IMG/VR virus record: IMGVR_UViG_3300045988_161343
Reading direction: 5' to 3' (one strand)
Origin: a virus
DNA: 46,185 nt
Shown: one piece after another, positions 17,054 through 27,575 of the stretch
Numbering within the stretch: position 1 is the first letter of the stretch
How the letters are laid out: each line of letters begins with the position of its first letter
The notes under the pieces: generated by a model
What the model saw: only the letters and a program-made list of their open reading frames with translations
What the model was told of the DNA's origin: nothing
Databases searched by the model: none
Position numbers and translations under genes: made by a program

Positions 17054-18630
17054 GAGCTTATTTAAAAGACACATGGCCAATGGACAAGAAAAGAACTTAT
17101 AGTCCAGTCTATGATGCCAAAATTTATAATAAAGAAACTTGGGAAAAGCTACTAGATGATTTTAACGAAAGTGTTAAAACCGGAGCTTATAATAAACTGC
17201 TTTATACTGATTGGAAAGTTCTTCATTTAATGGATGGAGACTATAAGGTAGTATGGTTTGAGATTGATAATACCTATCTTGCTCCTACTATAGTCCATAT
17301 TCAGGAATTTAAGTATTTAAAAGATTCAGATAATTTTAGAATGGTAGGTACTGATAAGAAGTATAATACTTCTAAAGATGATTATTCATTTGGTACATAT
17401 CTGGCCGATATGCTATTCTATGATTATTTTGATTTAGCGGTAGTTAATGAAAAAACAGATGATTATAGGCTATTTGGTTTAGCGGATTTAGGAGCAATTA
17501 ATTCAGAGGATAGTATCGGTTGGCGTGCTATTAATTGGGCACTTAATCCCGCGGTGGAGGATACAACTGGTCAAGTGATTTTTAGTGATGTAAAAAAAGA
17601 TATAAAGAAACTTAATTGCGAGTTTGATAAGACTACTAAAATTCTTAATAATTGTTATATTAAAAACAGAAATAAGGAATGGCTTAATAAAGTATATGAT
17701 GATTTAGATAAAGTAATAAATGTCGCATATTCTGATAATACAACTATTAATGTTAGTCCTATTGACCCAACCAAATTAAATACTAAAGATGAAACAGCTT
17801 CTACTGCTTCTTCTAGTATAGATTGGGGATATCGTACAACTACTGCTTCTATGGCCAATCCCATTGCTGGCGGAGGCGTTGCGGAAAATACTATTAAAAT
17901 TGGCAATGATGGTTCATATGCAACAACTATTTCAATTGATAGTGGTTTAACTAGCCGTCTTGATACAATGGAAGAAAGAATTAATAAACTTGAAACAAAC
18001 AATGATGATGTGAAAGGTAAAGGAAATAATATGAAGATGTTTAATTTTGATTTTGGTCCGATTAAGGATAATGATGCTGTTCGTATGTCGCCGTATGGTC
18101 TGGCTGTTAAGAACATTAATGGCACTTATCAGGCATATGATAAGAAGAACGGCGAAATTATGGATGTTGATATTTTCAACTTTAAGGCTGATAATATGTT
18201 CTTCAAGATGCCTGTTGGTATTGACGCTATTGAAGCTGGCGATGTAATTATTTTCAACAGACGTCCGTGCTTTGTCTTTGGTTTCTCTGAGCAGGGTGAT
18301 GTAATTGCAATTGATATTGCAATGGGTGAGAAGAAGACTATTATGCCGACACGTAGTCCTTTCGGTTTTAATTTCATTACGAAGGTTGTGTCTCTGGCTG
18401 ATGGCATGCTTGGCGGTACTCCTTCTGCTGAAAATCCCTTTGGTAATATGTGGATGTTTGCAATGATGGATGATAATTCCTCTATGAAGGATATGCTGCC
18501 GATGATGATGCTGATGAATGGCAATGCCGGCGGCACGATGGATCCTATGATGCTGTACTTCATGATGAAGGATGGCAATGGAGACACTGATAGTATGCTT
18601 CCTTTCCTTCTTATGATGAATAAGAAGTAA
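17050..18630 (+). CDS. Large hypothetical protein with a Met-rich C-terminal tail, 526 aa
   Basis: ORF track. C-terminus is MWMFAMMDDNSSMKDMLPMMMLMNG...MMLYFMM. Confidence 0.55.
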   Translation: MRAYLKDTWPMDKKRTYSPVYDAKIYNKETWEKLLDDFNESVKTGAYNKLLYTDWKVLHLMDGDYKVVWFEIDNTYLAPTIVHIQEFKYLKDSDNFRMVGTDKKYNTSKDDYSFGTYLADMLFYDYFDLAVVNEKTDDYRLFGLADLGAINSEDSIGWRAINWALNPAVEDTTGQVIFSDVKKDIKKLNCEFDKTTKILNNCYIKNRNKEWLNKVYDDLDKVINVAYSDNTTINVSPIDPTKLNTKDETASTASSSIDWGYRTTTASMANPIAGGGVAENTIKIGNDGSYATTISIDSGLTSRLDTMEERINKLETNNDDVKGKGNNMKMFNFDFGPIKDNDAVRMSPYGLAVKNINGTYQAYDKKNGEIMDVDIFNFKADNMFFKMPVGIDAIEAGDVIIFNRRPCFVFGFSEQGDVIAIDIAMGEKKTIMPTRSPFGFNFITKVVSLADGMLGGTPSAENPFGNMWMFAMMDDNSSMKDMLPMMMLMNGNAGGTMDPMMLYFMMKDGNGDTDSMLPFLLMMNKK

Positions 18631-18680
18631 GGTTAGTATAGATATTTCTAAATATTTGCCAGTTTAGAAAATCGCTTCCT

Positions 18681-18718
18681 TTACGAAATAGACCTCGGTT
18701 ATCCGGGGTCTATTTTAT
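18681..18718 (+). terminator. Rho-independent terminator
   Basis: agaccccg...cggggtct hairpin followed by ATTTTATTTTTAT. Confidence 0.6.
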
Positions 18719-18776
18719 TTTTATAAAAAAATATTATAAAATATATATATAAATTAAAGGGAAAAGGTGAATTAAA

Positions 18777-20495
18777 ATGACGGATTTGAGGACTCTTATT
18801 CCAGAAGAAGAAAAGAATCTGCTGCATGATTATATTAAAGAGTACCTTCATTCTGATAATTACTGTACAGTAGATGAAATCAATCATCTTCTACGGTTTT
18901 GGGCTGCTGAAAAGCTTGACCTGTATGAGTTGCTTGGTAATAATTTGATGGTCGAAGATCATATTTCCTATCAGGCATCTGGGGATGATTTGATGGATAA
19001 ATTCAATGCAATGTATGAAGAAATTTATAATAATCCTGAATTAGCAAACGTTAAAAAATTCATTGACTCTTACGAGCAGATTACTAATATTTATTATTCT
19101 TGGATGGATGCCACTCTTGACAAGGATGAACGGGCTATGTGTTATAGTATGATTGAACATTGCCTTGATACTGAATCTCTTGTAGCCAATAAAAATTTGT
19201 ATATGTTTGATTGGGGTACCAAATCTGTCACTATTCGCCGAGGTCCACATGCAGATACTTCGAAGCCACTTGAACTGAAAAGTGATATGAAGCTGATGCG
19301 AATGATGGCTAAAATTGTCGATTGGTTTGAGCTGGATAAAGAAGCATTTGAGCAGTTTCGTATTCTTCATTCGCGTGTTTTGAATGACCGTATGATTAAT
19401 GCTGATATTGTACTGTCTATTCATCCGCTTGACTATCTTACTATGAGTGATAATGCTTGTGACTGGGAGAGCTGCATGAATTGGTATCAGGGTGGTGATT
19501 ATCGTCTTGGTACTGTCGAAATGATGAATTCTCCTGTCATCCTTGAAGCATATGTTGAATCTGAACATCCTTATCATCCTATTGACCGTGATACCAGAAC
19601 TTGGAGCAATAAGCGTTGGCGGTGTCTCTATATTGTTAATAAGGATATCATTACTGAAATTAAGCAGTATCCTTATAATAACATTTATCTGCGTGATTAT
19701 GTGCTGAATAAGATTAAGCAGTTGGCTGAACAAAATATGGGCTGGCATTATGATGATAAAATGTATGAGGTTTGGCAGAATCAGAGCAATAAAACTGATT
19801 TTGGTCAGGTTTATATCCGCATGAGGACTGGAGCTATGTATAATGATTATTATGATAATCATTATGCTTATATTAATCCAGAAGTAAAAGAAGTAGAAGT
19901 TTGCTATTCTGGTGTGGCTGAATGTATGTGTTGCGGTAAAGGCTATGAAGCTGACCCGAGTGGAAATGTAGACGCATTTGTAGAATGTGATAAAGTTGTA
20001 TGTGCAACCTGTGAAGGTAAAGTCCAGTGTGATGATTGCGGTGCTTGGATTGATAGTGAAGACGCTTGGTTTTGTAGTGAAGATGGTGCAACTTATTGCA
20101 GCTGGTGTGCAGAGGGCCGCACCCAGGTTTGTAGCTGCTGCGGAGAAACTAAATGGCTTGATTATGATTTCAAGAAACAGACTCTTCCCTACATGTTTGA
20201 GATAAAAACTCCTAATGGTAAGCATCGTCGAGATGTTGGAAATCCTATTGATGTTTGTGATGATTGTTATGAAGATTATGATTTCGATGATGTGCCGAAG
20301 GAGCTAGACTTATGGGGCGATTTTCAGTATATTGATGTTGACAAGGTAGATAAGAAGGTATGGGAGCCATTTCTGTCCCTTGAAAGAATTGCTAATGCCA
20401 AGGTGCGGCTAAAGGCAATTTACCCTGATGATTATGTTTAGTTTAAATTCTTGCCAAAATTGAATACTCGAAAATTTATAAAAAATTTGATATAA
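18777..20495 (+). CDS. Paralog A of a large family (HPLDYxxMSDN...WxSC core plus C-terminal multi-CxxC zinc ribbons), about 572 aa
   Basis: SIHPLDYLTMSDNACDWESCMNW core. The track ends at TAG 20439-20441; reading TAG as sense gives TAA at 20493-20495. Confidence 0.5.
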
Positions 20496-20520
20496 TATAT
20501 ATAGAAAGGATGGGAGAGAG

Positions 20521-20976
20521 ATGGAACGTATTTATAGATTGACATATGGTCCTGAATATGAAGAGCAGGAACTTGGTTATCTTACTGAAGATAAGTTGAA
20601 TGATTACCTTGAAGAGTTGTTTAATTCTGCTCTAATTCAGAGTAGTATTCGTAGCCATATTGAAACTCTTAAAGTGCAAAAAATGGTATATGAAACTCAA
20701 CGGCATCATATTGTTCAAGATATGAATAAATGTCTTCCTATCCTTCAAGACGGCAAGACAAATCCTAAATATAAAGAAACTAAAAAAGAATATAGAAAAT
20801 ATGAACGAGCTGTTATTGATTGTAAACGGCAGATAAAGAAAATAGATAAGTTACTTGAAGAATGTGATAAATGGACAGCAACTGATTGGCTTCATTGGAC
20901 TGATTATAATTGGGAACCTATTGAACTTAATATAGTTAAACCGGTTAATGAAAGGGTAAGCGAGGATTGGATGTAA
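20521..20976 (+). CDS. Hypothetical protein, 151 aa
   Basis: Promoter element at 20466-20512; ORF track. Confidence 0.55.
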   Translation: MERIYRLTYGPEYEEQELGYLTEDKLNDYLEELFNSALIQSSIRSHIETLKVQKMVYETQRHHIVQDMNKCLPILQDGKTNPKYKETKKEYRKYERAVIDCKRQIKKIDKLLEECDKWTATDWLHWTDYNWEPIELNIVKPVNERVSEDWM

Positions 20977-21212
20977 TGGAAAAGAAAGAAATGGTAATTA
21001 AAATCCTTAAAGAAAGTGGCACTCTTACTGCCAAGCAAATTTCAGCATTCGCAAAGCGTAAGTATGATTTTGATATTACACCACAGGGTGCTTCAGGTGT
21101 CATGCGTGGCCTTATCGGTCAGGGGTTGGCGGCAAGTTCTAAAGATGGCAGCAATCAGACGCGATACTGGCTTAATACTTGTACATGGAAGGATATAATG
21201 GCAAATGATTAA
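20967..21212 (+). CDS. Probable winged-helix DNA-binding protein, 81 aa
   Basis: TAKQISAFAKRKYDFDITPQGASGVMRGLIGQGLAASSKDGSNQTRYWL. Confidence 0.45.
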   Translation: MDVMEKKEMVIKILKESGTLTAKQISAFAKRKYDFDITPQGASGVMRGLIGQGLAASSKDGSNQTRYWLNTCTWKDIMAND

Positions 21213-21435
21213 AAAGTGTATTATAACAATCCTATTGGTTATAGTTGCCGGGATGATTCTTATTTCCTCTTGGAATTATACTTCTAATAGGATTCGTATT
21301 TTCCCTGATGCTATTGGCTCTCAAGGCGTTGAAATTCAAAAGCGAGATGGATATAAAATTGATCTTCATCATCCATATGAAATGGTTGAAACGGAAGAAG
21401 GTTATGATTTAATTATTCATTTTGTAGAGGAATAA
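21205..21435 (+). CDS. Membrane-anchored small protein, 76 aa
   Basis: ORF track; N-terminal TM helix. Confidence 0.45.
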   Translation: MIKKCIITILLVIVAGMILISSWNYTSNRIRIFPDAIGSQGVEIQKRDGYKIDLHHPYEMVETEEGYDLIIHFVEE

Positions 21436-21437
21436 AC

Positions 21438-21608
21438 ATGGCTGAATGTATCTATTTTAGGTATGAAGATACAACTCCTTGGCATGGTGATGTATTCGAC
21501 CATCCTGATTATGAGTATTATTGTTTAAAGAATGAAAAGAAAAAAGAAATTTTTTCTTGGACTTGTTCAAAATGCCCTTATTATAAGGAGAAAAAAAATG
21601 ATTCATAA
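21438..21608 (+). CDS. Small Cys-containing protein, 56 aa
   Basis: ATG at 21438; MAECIYFRYEDTTPWHGDVFDHPDYEYYCLKNEKKKEIFSWTCSKCPYYKEKKNDS. Not in track. Confidence 0.35.
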   Translation: MAECIYFRYEDTTPWHGDVFDHPDYEYYCLKNEKKKEIFSWTCSKCPYYKEKKNDS

Positions 21609-21870
21609 AATGATTGCATGTTCAGAAGAATGTCTCCGCTTCGCCTGTTGCGACTTTTGTAGGTATGTTATTCAGGATTATTTTTTTAGTGAAGATAAAG
21701 ATGGAAATATGCAGATTGTGAATGGCGGGCCTAATGGATGTTCTCTTCACAAAGATAAAAAGCATCAAAGGATTGCTAAAAATTGTGGGTATTGTAAAGA
21801 TTTTCATTGCGTAAATGCAACTGAAGATAATAAAGATGATTGGGTTGTAAAGGAGTTCGCTGATGACTGA
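21598..21870 (+). CDS. Cys-rich small protein, 90 aa
   Basis: SD AAGGAG; CSEECLRFACCDFC...CGYCKDFHC. Confidence 0.45.
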   Translation: MIHKMIACSEECLRFACCDFCRYVIQDYFFSEDKDGNMQIVNGGPNGCSLHKDKKHQRIAKNCGYCKDFHCVNATEDNKDDWVVKEFADD

Positions 21871-22111
21871 ATATAAATGTAAAGTATATGTGATTGAACC
21901 GCAGATAGGCTGGCATGGATTTAGTCTGATTGCTGCCCTTGATGCTGAACATGCTAATCAAATTATTCGTAAAGCCGCAGGAGAGAGTAGATATTATTGG
22001 GGCTATTCACACGTGCGAGAGTATGATGCTATTGATAATGTTTATTCTGATACTATTGGATTTGTATATGAGGGGATTTTTGAAGACGATGAATATAGCA
22101 GAATTGATTAA
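21863..22111 (+). CDS. Hypothetical protein, 82 aa
   Basis: ORF track. Confidence 0.45.
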   Translation: MTEYKCKVYVIEPQIGWHGFSLIAALDAEHANQIIRKAAGESRYYWGYSHVREYDAIDNVYSDTIGFVYEGIFEDDEYSRID

Positions 22112-22328
22112 ACTGGTTGAAAAAACTGATTGGAATAAATATCATAAAGAAGATATTCTCGATTTGGTTAAAGAGCATCCTGAACTTCTGAATATGACAC
22201 CTGTTCAGCTTCGTACCAGAGCCAGAGATTTGGATTGGGATGCTGATGGATATATGAATAAGGTTAATAGCCTTGAAAATGAAGCGTCTTTGACTAGAGA
22301 TTTAATTGAAATCATGTATGGAGAGTGA
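22089..22328 (+). CDS. Hypothetical protein, 79 aa
   Basis: ATG 22089 in frame with track ORF 21930; the earlier part overlaps the upstream gene. Confidence 0.4.
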   Translation: MNIAELIKLVEKTDWNKYHKEDILDLVKEHPELLNMTPVQLRTRARDLDWDADGYMNKVNSLENEASLTRDLIEIMYGE

Positions 22329-22333
22329 TAATT

Positions 22334-23140
22334 ATGAATTACCATTCAGATAAATGGGTTATGGATAAGGTAGAAACTCATTTAGAAGCAGCTAATGTTA
22401 AAGGAGAAAATTGGGTTAGTTTAATGGCTTATGGTAGCCAGAACTATGGTCTTGATACTCAATCGTCTGATGTAGATACCCGACTTATTGTTCTTCCTTC
22501 ATTTGAAGATATTGTACTAAATAAGAAGCCAGTATCTTATACCAAGATTCTTCCTAATGATGAACACATTGATTTTAAAGATATTCGTTTGTTCATTGAT
22601 TGTTTGAAGAAACAGAATATGGCATATCTTGAATGTATCTTCACACCTTATAAAATGGCATCAAGCGTGTATTGGAATGAGTGGCAGGTACTGCTTAATG
22701 AGCGTGAAGCTATTGCACGTTATAATCCTTACAAGGCAGTTAAGACAATGAAGGGTATTGCTATGGAAAAATATCATGCAATGGAACATAGATATCCTAC
22801 TAAAACTCATCTGATTGATACATATGGTTATGATAGTAAGCAGCTTATGCATTTGCTTCGTATTGAACAGTATCTTGGACGTTATATTGATGGGGTTAAA
22901 TATGCAGATTGCCTTCAGGCTCCAATGGGTGATTATCTTCTTGATGTAAAAAATTATCACTATGATCTTGAAACTGCACGAATTATAGCAAATACTGCTA
23001 TTAATAATATTACAAGAGTAGCTGATGATTATTGTTCTAAGACCAAGGATGAAGGTAATGAAGAACTTGAAGATTTTATGAATAAGATTGTTTATCTTAC
23101 TATGAAAAAAAGAATTGTAAAGGAAATGTTAAATGTCTGA
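22334..23140 (+). CDS. Pol-beta-superfamily nucleotidyltransferase, about 268 aa
   Basis: GSQNYGLDTQSSDVDTRLIV fits the hG[GS]x9-13D.[DE] NTase signature. Confidence 0.5.
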   Translation: MNYHSDKWVMDKVETHLEAANVKGENWVSLMAYGSQNYGLDTQSSDVDTRLIVLPSFEDIVLNKKPVSYTKILPNDEHIDFKDIRLFIDCLKKQNMAYLECIFTPYKMASSVYWNEWQVLLNEREAIARYNPYKAVKTMKGIAMEKYHAMEHRYPTKTHLIDTYGYDSKQLMHLLRIEQYLGRYIDGVKYADCLQAPMGDYLLDVKNYHYDLETARIIANTAINNITRVADDYCSKTKDEGNEELEDFMNKIVYLTMKKRIVKEMLNV

Positions 23141-23324
23141 AGATAATATGACTATTGAAATTGATAGTCGAGATATTGAAGAAATTGAAAACAATTTTGA
23201 TGATCTTGGTAAATGGTTGACTGAACATTTTACCAGTTTTGGGGCTCAAGCTGTTGTGCTTAGTGCAGTTATAGAAAAAGTAGAAGAATTAAAGGAAGAG
23301 TTGGCTAAAGAAGAAAATACGTAA
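23133..23324 (+). CDS. Small acidic protein, 63 aa
   Basis: ORF track. Confidence 0.4.
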   Translation: MSEDNMTIEIDSRDIEEIENNFDDLGKWLTEHFTSFGAQAVVLSAVIEKVEELKEELAKEENT

Positions 23325-23337
23325 GGAGGGAACTTCA

Positions 23338-24117
23338 ATGTTCAAGGACTATCTGATTAGAGGCGATTGTCATGGTGATTTCACATGGCTTAATGCAAGA
23401 ATGTTTAGAATTTTAAATCCAAAAGACTATGCAATTATTATCCTTGGAGACTGCGGTTTTAATACTGGTAGTGCATTCAGAGATAATATGAAGAAAGAAT
23501 ATGCAAGCCAGTTTGGATATTTTATTTATTGCGTGCATGGCAATCATGAAGTACGTCCTGAAAATGTTGAAGGTATAGAGCGTATTTGGGATAGCAATGT
23601 TCAGGCTAATGTATGGTATGAGCCGACTCACCCTCTGATTAGATATTTTGATAATTACGGGATTTATTATCTTAAAACCGAAGATAGAGAATATCGTACA
23701 TTAGTTATTGGTGGTGCTTATTCTGTTGATAAATATTATCGTCTTAAAAACAATCTGCTTTGGTGGGAAGATGAACAATTAAGTGATAAAGAAAAAGTTG
23801 ATGCTGAAATGCTTATTCGACAAACTAATAAGCATTTTGATCTTGTACTATCACACACCTGCCCTTATTCTCTTAGGCCAGTTGATAAATTTCTTTCAGT
23901 AGTAGATCAATCTACTGTAGATACCTCTATGGAAGAATGGCTTGAAGAAATTAAGAATATGATTACATATGATGTATGGCTCTTTGGTCATTATCATTGT
24001 GATAGATTTATTAATAAGCATAATATTATCTTTTTTAATTGTATTGACCCTTTGGAGGATATTTTTCTCTGGCATGATAAAATGGATGATGCTGTAAATA
24101 ATATTGACCGCTTTTAA
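23338..24117 (+). CDS. Calcineurin-like metallophosphoesterase, 259 aa
   Basis: GDCHGD ... ILGDCGFN ... VHGNHE motifs. Confidence 0.6.
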   Translation: MFKDYLIRGDCHGDFTWLNARMFRILNPKDYAIIILGDCGFNTGSAFRDNMKKEYASQFGYFIYCVHGNHEVRPENVEGIERIWDSNVQANVWYEPTHPLIRYFDNYGIYYLKTEDREYRTLVIGGAYSVDKYYRLKNNLLWWEDEQLSDKEKVDAEMLIRQTNKHFDLVLSHTCPYSLRPVDKFLSVVDQSTVDTSMEEWLEEIKNMITYDVWLFGHYHCDRFINKHNIIFFNCIDPLEDIFLWHDKMDDAVNNIDRF

Positions 24118-24135
24118 GTGGTCAATTCTTTTTAG
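24103..24135 (+). terminator. Rho-independent terminator
   Basis: attgacc-gcttttaagt-ggtcaat hairpin followed by TCTTTTT. Confidence 0.5.
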
Positions 24136-24210
24136 CTATTAAATTTGACTTTTCATATGAAATATAGTATTATTTACTAGTTATTTATTTTATATTGAAG
24201 GAGAATTAAT

Positions 24211-24798
24211 ATGCGAAAATTCTTAAATGTCATTCTTGTAATCGCTATGGTTGCTTTAATGATGATGCCAGTAAATGCTTTTAACATAAAAAGTTATAGT
24301 GCTGATGGCGGAAGCAGGTCAGAAATCGAATACGGTCCTACAGAATATTGTAATTGCGGAATCGACCATACTAATAAACCCTTTGAATGGTGGACTGATA
24401 TTACATCTACTGATAGTTCTCAATGGGATTTAATTCATAATTATTTAACCATTTAGGAGAACGGCACATTAGCTACTGATGATGGCTATACTGCTTGTGC
24501 TCTTGGAAGGTATTTCGGTAAGATTGGTTCAAAATGGATTTTTATTTGTGAAGATGGTTCAGAGATTAAGGTCGTTAAAGCTGATGAAAAGCAAGACCGC
24601 CATACAAAAAACTGGGATTTAATTCATGGTATTATTTGTGATGAATTAATTGAGCTTGTTGTAGATAGTAAGATTAGTCAAACTTGCCCAACTGGTAATT
24701 TCAAAGACCTTGAAGGTTTTGAAGGTAATATAATTGGGTGGAAAGAAGTTCTTAATAATGAATTACCTGATTTGTTAAAAGGAACAATTTATAAATAA
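24211..24798 (+). CDS. Secreted protein, 195 aa, with one in-frame TAG; track shows only the N-terminal 81 aa
   Basis: Signal peptide MRKFLNVILVIAMVALMMMPVNAF. After TAG at 24454-24456 the frame continues 114 codons without TAA or TGA to TAA at 24796-24798. Confidence 0.5.
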
Positions 24799-24824
24799 AA
24801 TAATATTAAATGAGGTAATATAAA

Positions 24825-25325
24825 ATGAGCGTAGTTGCCGCGAAGGTATATGATAATAATATTCAAATGTCTGCGGACAGTATTTTAACTAATGGATGGG
24901 AAAAAGACCCTAATACTAACTTTACTAAAATTATTTCTTTAAATGATATGATTGTTGGTAGTGTTGGTAATGCGGATGAATGTAGTCTTATGTGGCTGTA
25001 TATGGAAAATCATCAACCGCTTAATGCTACAGAAAGAGAAATTCTTAATTATTTTACTGAATTTGGTAAATGGAAAGGCGAGATTTCTAATACTCGTGAG
25101 ATTAGGAATAGTTATTTAATGGCTTTTGAAGGTCATCTTTTTCAGATTTGTGGATACTTAGTTAGAGAAATTAAAGATTATTATGCTATCGGTGCTGGCG
25201 CTCCTTATGCTTTGACAGCACTTCATCTTGGACATGATTCAGAAGAAGCTGTTAAAGTTTCTTGTGCTATGTGTTGCTTTGTTTGTGAACCTATTGTGAC
25301 ATATAATCAGAAAAAAGATAATTAA
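24825..25325 (+). CDS. HslV/proteasome-beta-like Ntn-hydrolase peptidase homolog, 166 aa
   Basis: MSVVAAKVYDNNIQMSADSILTNG resembles the HslV N-terminus (TTIVSVRR..VVIAGDGQ.T.G). GAGAPYALTALHLGH resembles HslV GSGG.YALAAARAL. Confidence 0.45.
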   Translation: MSVVAAKVYDNNIQMSADSILTNGWEKDPNTNFTKIISLNDMIVGSVGNADECSLMWLYMENHQPLNATEREILNYFTEFGKWKGEISNTREIRNSYLMAFEGHLFQICGYLVREIKDYYAIGAGAPYALTALHLGHDSEEAVKVSCAMCCFVCEPIVTYNQKKDN

Positions 25326-25335
25326 ACATAGATAA

Positions 25336-25372
25336 AAAGGGATAAAGATTTGATTCTTTATCCCTTTTTTAT
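25336..25372 (+). terminator. Rho-independent terminator
   Basis: gggataaagatttgattctttatccc hairpin followed by TTTTTTATTTTTAT. Confidence 0.6.
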
Positions 25373-25428
25373 TTTTATAAAAAAATATTATAAAATATTT
25401 ATAGAAAAAATAAAGGGAGTAAATAATC

Positions 25429-26784
25429 ATGACGCCTTATGAAGCATTAACGGCACAAGATAAGAAATATATTACTGAATATATTGAAACATGGGGTGGT
25501 GTTAATTCCCCTATTAAACTCAAAGCATCTCTTGATTATATCCTTCGAGAATGGAATAAGAGTAAACAAACTCTATTTAATATTTTTGGCGAAAAGTTAA
25601 TGCTGGAGAAGGAAATCCAGGTTGAAGATGGAGATAACAAAAAAGTAAGAGAAGTTAATGAGTATCTCTATAGCACTAATCCTGGTATCAATTTTATTAC
25701 AAATCTTCGTAGATTATTTGAATCTGATACTACTTATTTTGAAAATAGTTATGCAACAAGACATGCCATATATAATTTAACTCAAGCTTATCAACTTTTT
25801 ACTAATAGAGTTGTTAAAGGATTTGCTTATCACAATAAAGATGGTAAAGTAGTTAAAGTTCCAGAAGGAGCTAAGGTAATGAAAGTTCTTCAGAAAATGG
25901 CTAAAGAATTTGATTTGCCTGATTTTGAAATTTTTCGCAATCATGTTTCACGTATTACTGAAGTACGCAAATCTAAAATTAAATTTACTCTGTCTATTCA
26001 TCCCTTGGATTATATGACTATGAGCGATAATGCAAATTGCTGGGAAAGTTGTATGAATTGGACTCAAGGGTCAGGAAGCTATCGTGCAGGTACTATTGAG
26101 ATGATGAATAGTCCATTAGTTGTTGTAGCATATATTACTACTAAACCTTACTATCCAGAAAATACTTCTATTGAATGGACTTCCAAAAGTTGGAGAGAAT
26201 TAATCATTGTCCATCCGAATGCTATTTGTTCTGTAAAATCTTATCCTTATTACAATATTGCATTTGATAAAGCTCTTGTAAATTGGCTTGTTGATTTGGT
26301 TGAAGAAAAAACTGAATGGCGTTATAACAGAAAAAAGCCACAAGAGAGTTTGGAAAGTTGCTCTTATATTGGAGCTTGGCAAGATAAAGAAGATAAGGAT
26401 AATCATTTTCTGTTGGATTTTGCAACAAATGAAATGTATAATGATTTTGGTAATACAGAGAATTATGGAATTTTTTCAATTAATCCACCAAACAATAAAT
26501 ATCGTACATTTACAATTAATTATTCTGGTTTAATGACTTGTATGTGCTGCGGCGAGGATGGTTATTTGTCTGACGACACTGAAATGGTGATTTGTGAAGA
26601 CTGTGATCCACCTACTTATTGTTATTGTTGTGGTGAACGAGTTAATACAAATGATGCAATTGAAGTAGACGGCGAATGGGTCTGTGAAGATTGTTATTGT
26701 GATTTGCATAGATGTTTATGCTGTGAGGATACTCATTTTGATGAAGATTTCACTCCCGTATTTATTGGACATATTGATAATTAA
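25429..26784 (+). CDS. Paralog B of the HPLDY/zinc-ribbon family, 451 aa, ending at TAA
   Basis: SIHPLDYMTMSDNANCWESCMNW core; C-terminal CxxC clusters. Confidence 0.55.
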   Translation: MTPYEALTAQDKKYITEYIETWGGVNSPIKLKASLDYILREWNKSKQTLFNIFGEKLMLEKEIQVEDGDNKKVREVNEYLYSTNPGINFITNLRRLFESDTTYFENSYATRHAIYNLTQAYQLFTNRVVKGFAYHNKDGKVVKVPEGAKVMKVLQKMAKEFDLPDFEIFRNHVSRITEVRKSKIKFTLSIHPLDYMTMSDNANCWESCMNWTQGSGSYRAGTIEMMNSPLVVVAYITTKPYYPENTSIEWTSKSWRELIIVHPNAICSVKSYPYYNIAFDKALVNWLVDLVEEKTEWRYNRKKPQESLESCSYIGAWQDKEDKDNHFLLDFATNEMYNDFGNTENYGIFSINPPNNKYRTFTINYSGLMTCMCCGEDGYLSDDTEMVICEDCDPPTYCYCCGERVNTNDAIEVDGEWVCEDCYCDLHRCLCCEDTHFDEDFTPVFIGHIDN

Positions 26785-27072
26785 ACTATTAATATTGATT
26801 ATGATGAGCATTATATTTGCAACGAATGTCTTGCCAATAAAGAATATTTAAAGTATCTTGGAGATACTGATATTAGAGCTGAAACAATTCGATTAGATGG
26901 CGGTCCTTATTATGGTATGGTGGCTCTCTTAATTGAAGAAGATGATTTAAATGTAGAGGCTAAAAAGATAATTTCTAATGATCCTTATTCTACTATAATT
27001 ACTGATTATACTTATGCTATTCGTCGTTATCCTGAGCGTTTTTATAGTTACAATAGGTCAATCGCGATTTAA
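26785..27072 (+). pseudogene. In-frame stop-free continuation (96 codons) beyond the TAA of paralog B. It is homologous to the post-TAG C-terminal zinc-ribbon extension of paralog C, so it is a possible truncated remnant or a read-through extension
   Basis: ...HIDN(TAA)TINIDYDEHYICNECLANKEY... aligns with paralog C ...GDNY(TAG)ICDNCNMYYDKKD.... There is no ATG-initiated ORF of its own. Confidence 0.3.
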
Positions 27073-27143
27073 TTGAAATTTTTAAAATAAAATAATATAA
27101 TATATACATAAAATAAAGGAAAAATAAAAGGAGTTATTAAATT

Positions 27144-27539
27144 ATGGAAAAGAAGTTTACGAAGCGTGAGCTGTATGATGCTCTGATTGGCAAGCTGTGC
27201 GGTGAAGAGGTTGAAGTTGATGCACAGACTTTGGTTGATTTTTGTCAGGCAGAGATTGACCGTATTGATCAGCGTAATGCCAAGGACCGTGAGAAGCGTG
27301 AGGCCAAGAAGGCAGAGCCTGATGTTGCACGCGAGAAGGTATTTGCCGCACTTGACGAGCAGTTCCGTACTGCTGATGTGATTCATGATTCTATTGATGA
27401 TGAAGATATTACTCTGGGTAAGGTTCGTCATCGTCTTGCAGGTCTTGTCCGCGATGGTCTGGTAAAGAAGCAGGAGATGAAGATTCCTGGCGGCGAGGGT
27501 GAGAAGGCACGTCACGCTATGTGCTACGCAAAGGCTTAA
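27144..27539 (+). CDS. Hypothetical Lys/Glu/Arg-rich protein, 131 aa, in a GC-rich island (foreign composition)
   Basis: GC content is clearly higher than the flanks (many overlapping spurious ORFs in other frames); followed by a GC-rich terminator. Confidence 0.5.
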   Translation: MEKKFTKRELYDALIGKLCGEEVEVDAQTLVDFCQAEIDRIDQRNAKDREKREAKKAEPDVAREKVFAALDEQFRTADVIHDSIDDEDITLGKVRHRLAGLVRDGLVKKQEMKIPGGEGEKARHAMCYAKA

Positions 27540-27543
27540 TACA

Positions 27544-27575
27544 TGAAGGGTCGGGAAACCGGCCCTTTTGTTTTG
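27544..27575 (+). terminator. Rho-independent terminator (GC-rich)
   Basis: gggtcgggaaaccggccc followed by TTTTGTTTTG. Confidence 0.6.

Noticed and set aside
19041-20225. Long minus-strand ORF (394 aa) and other antisense ORFs inside large plus-strand genes (for example 17655-18125, 18129-18587, 16187-16729, 14460-14888)
   Set aside because: Low-complexity translations (I/F/K/N-rich) with no SD. They are fully embedded opposite well-supported genes and are typical shadow ORFs in an AT-rich genome.
18777-20441. Treating TAG as the genuine stop of genes 18777 and 29667 (track boundaries)
   Set aside because: Elsewhere TAG is decoded. In gene 29667 the post-TAG extension encodes a further CxxC zinc ribbon homologous to the upstream module, so read-through to the next TAA is the more consistent model. 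The 18777 extension is short and uninformative.
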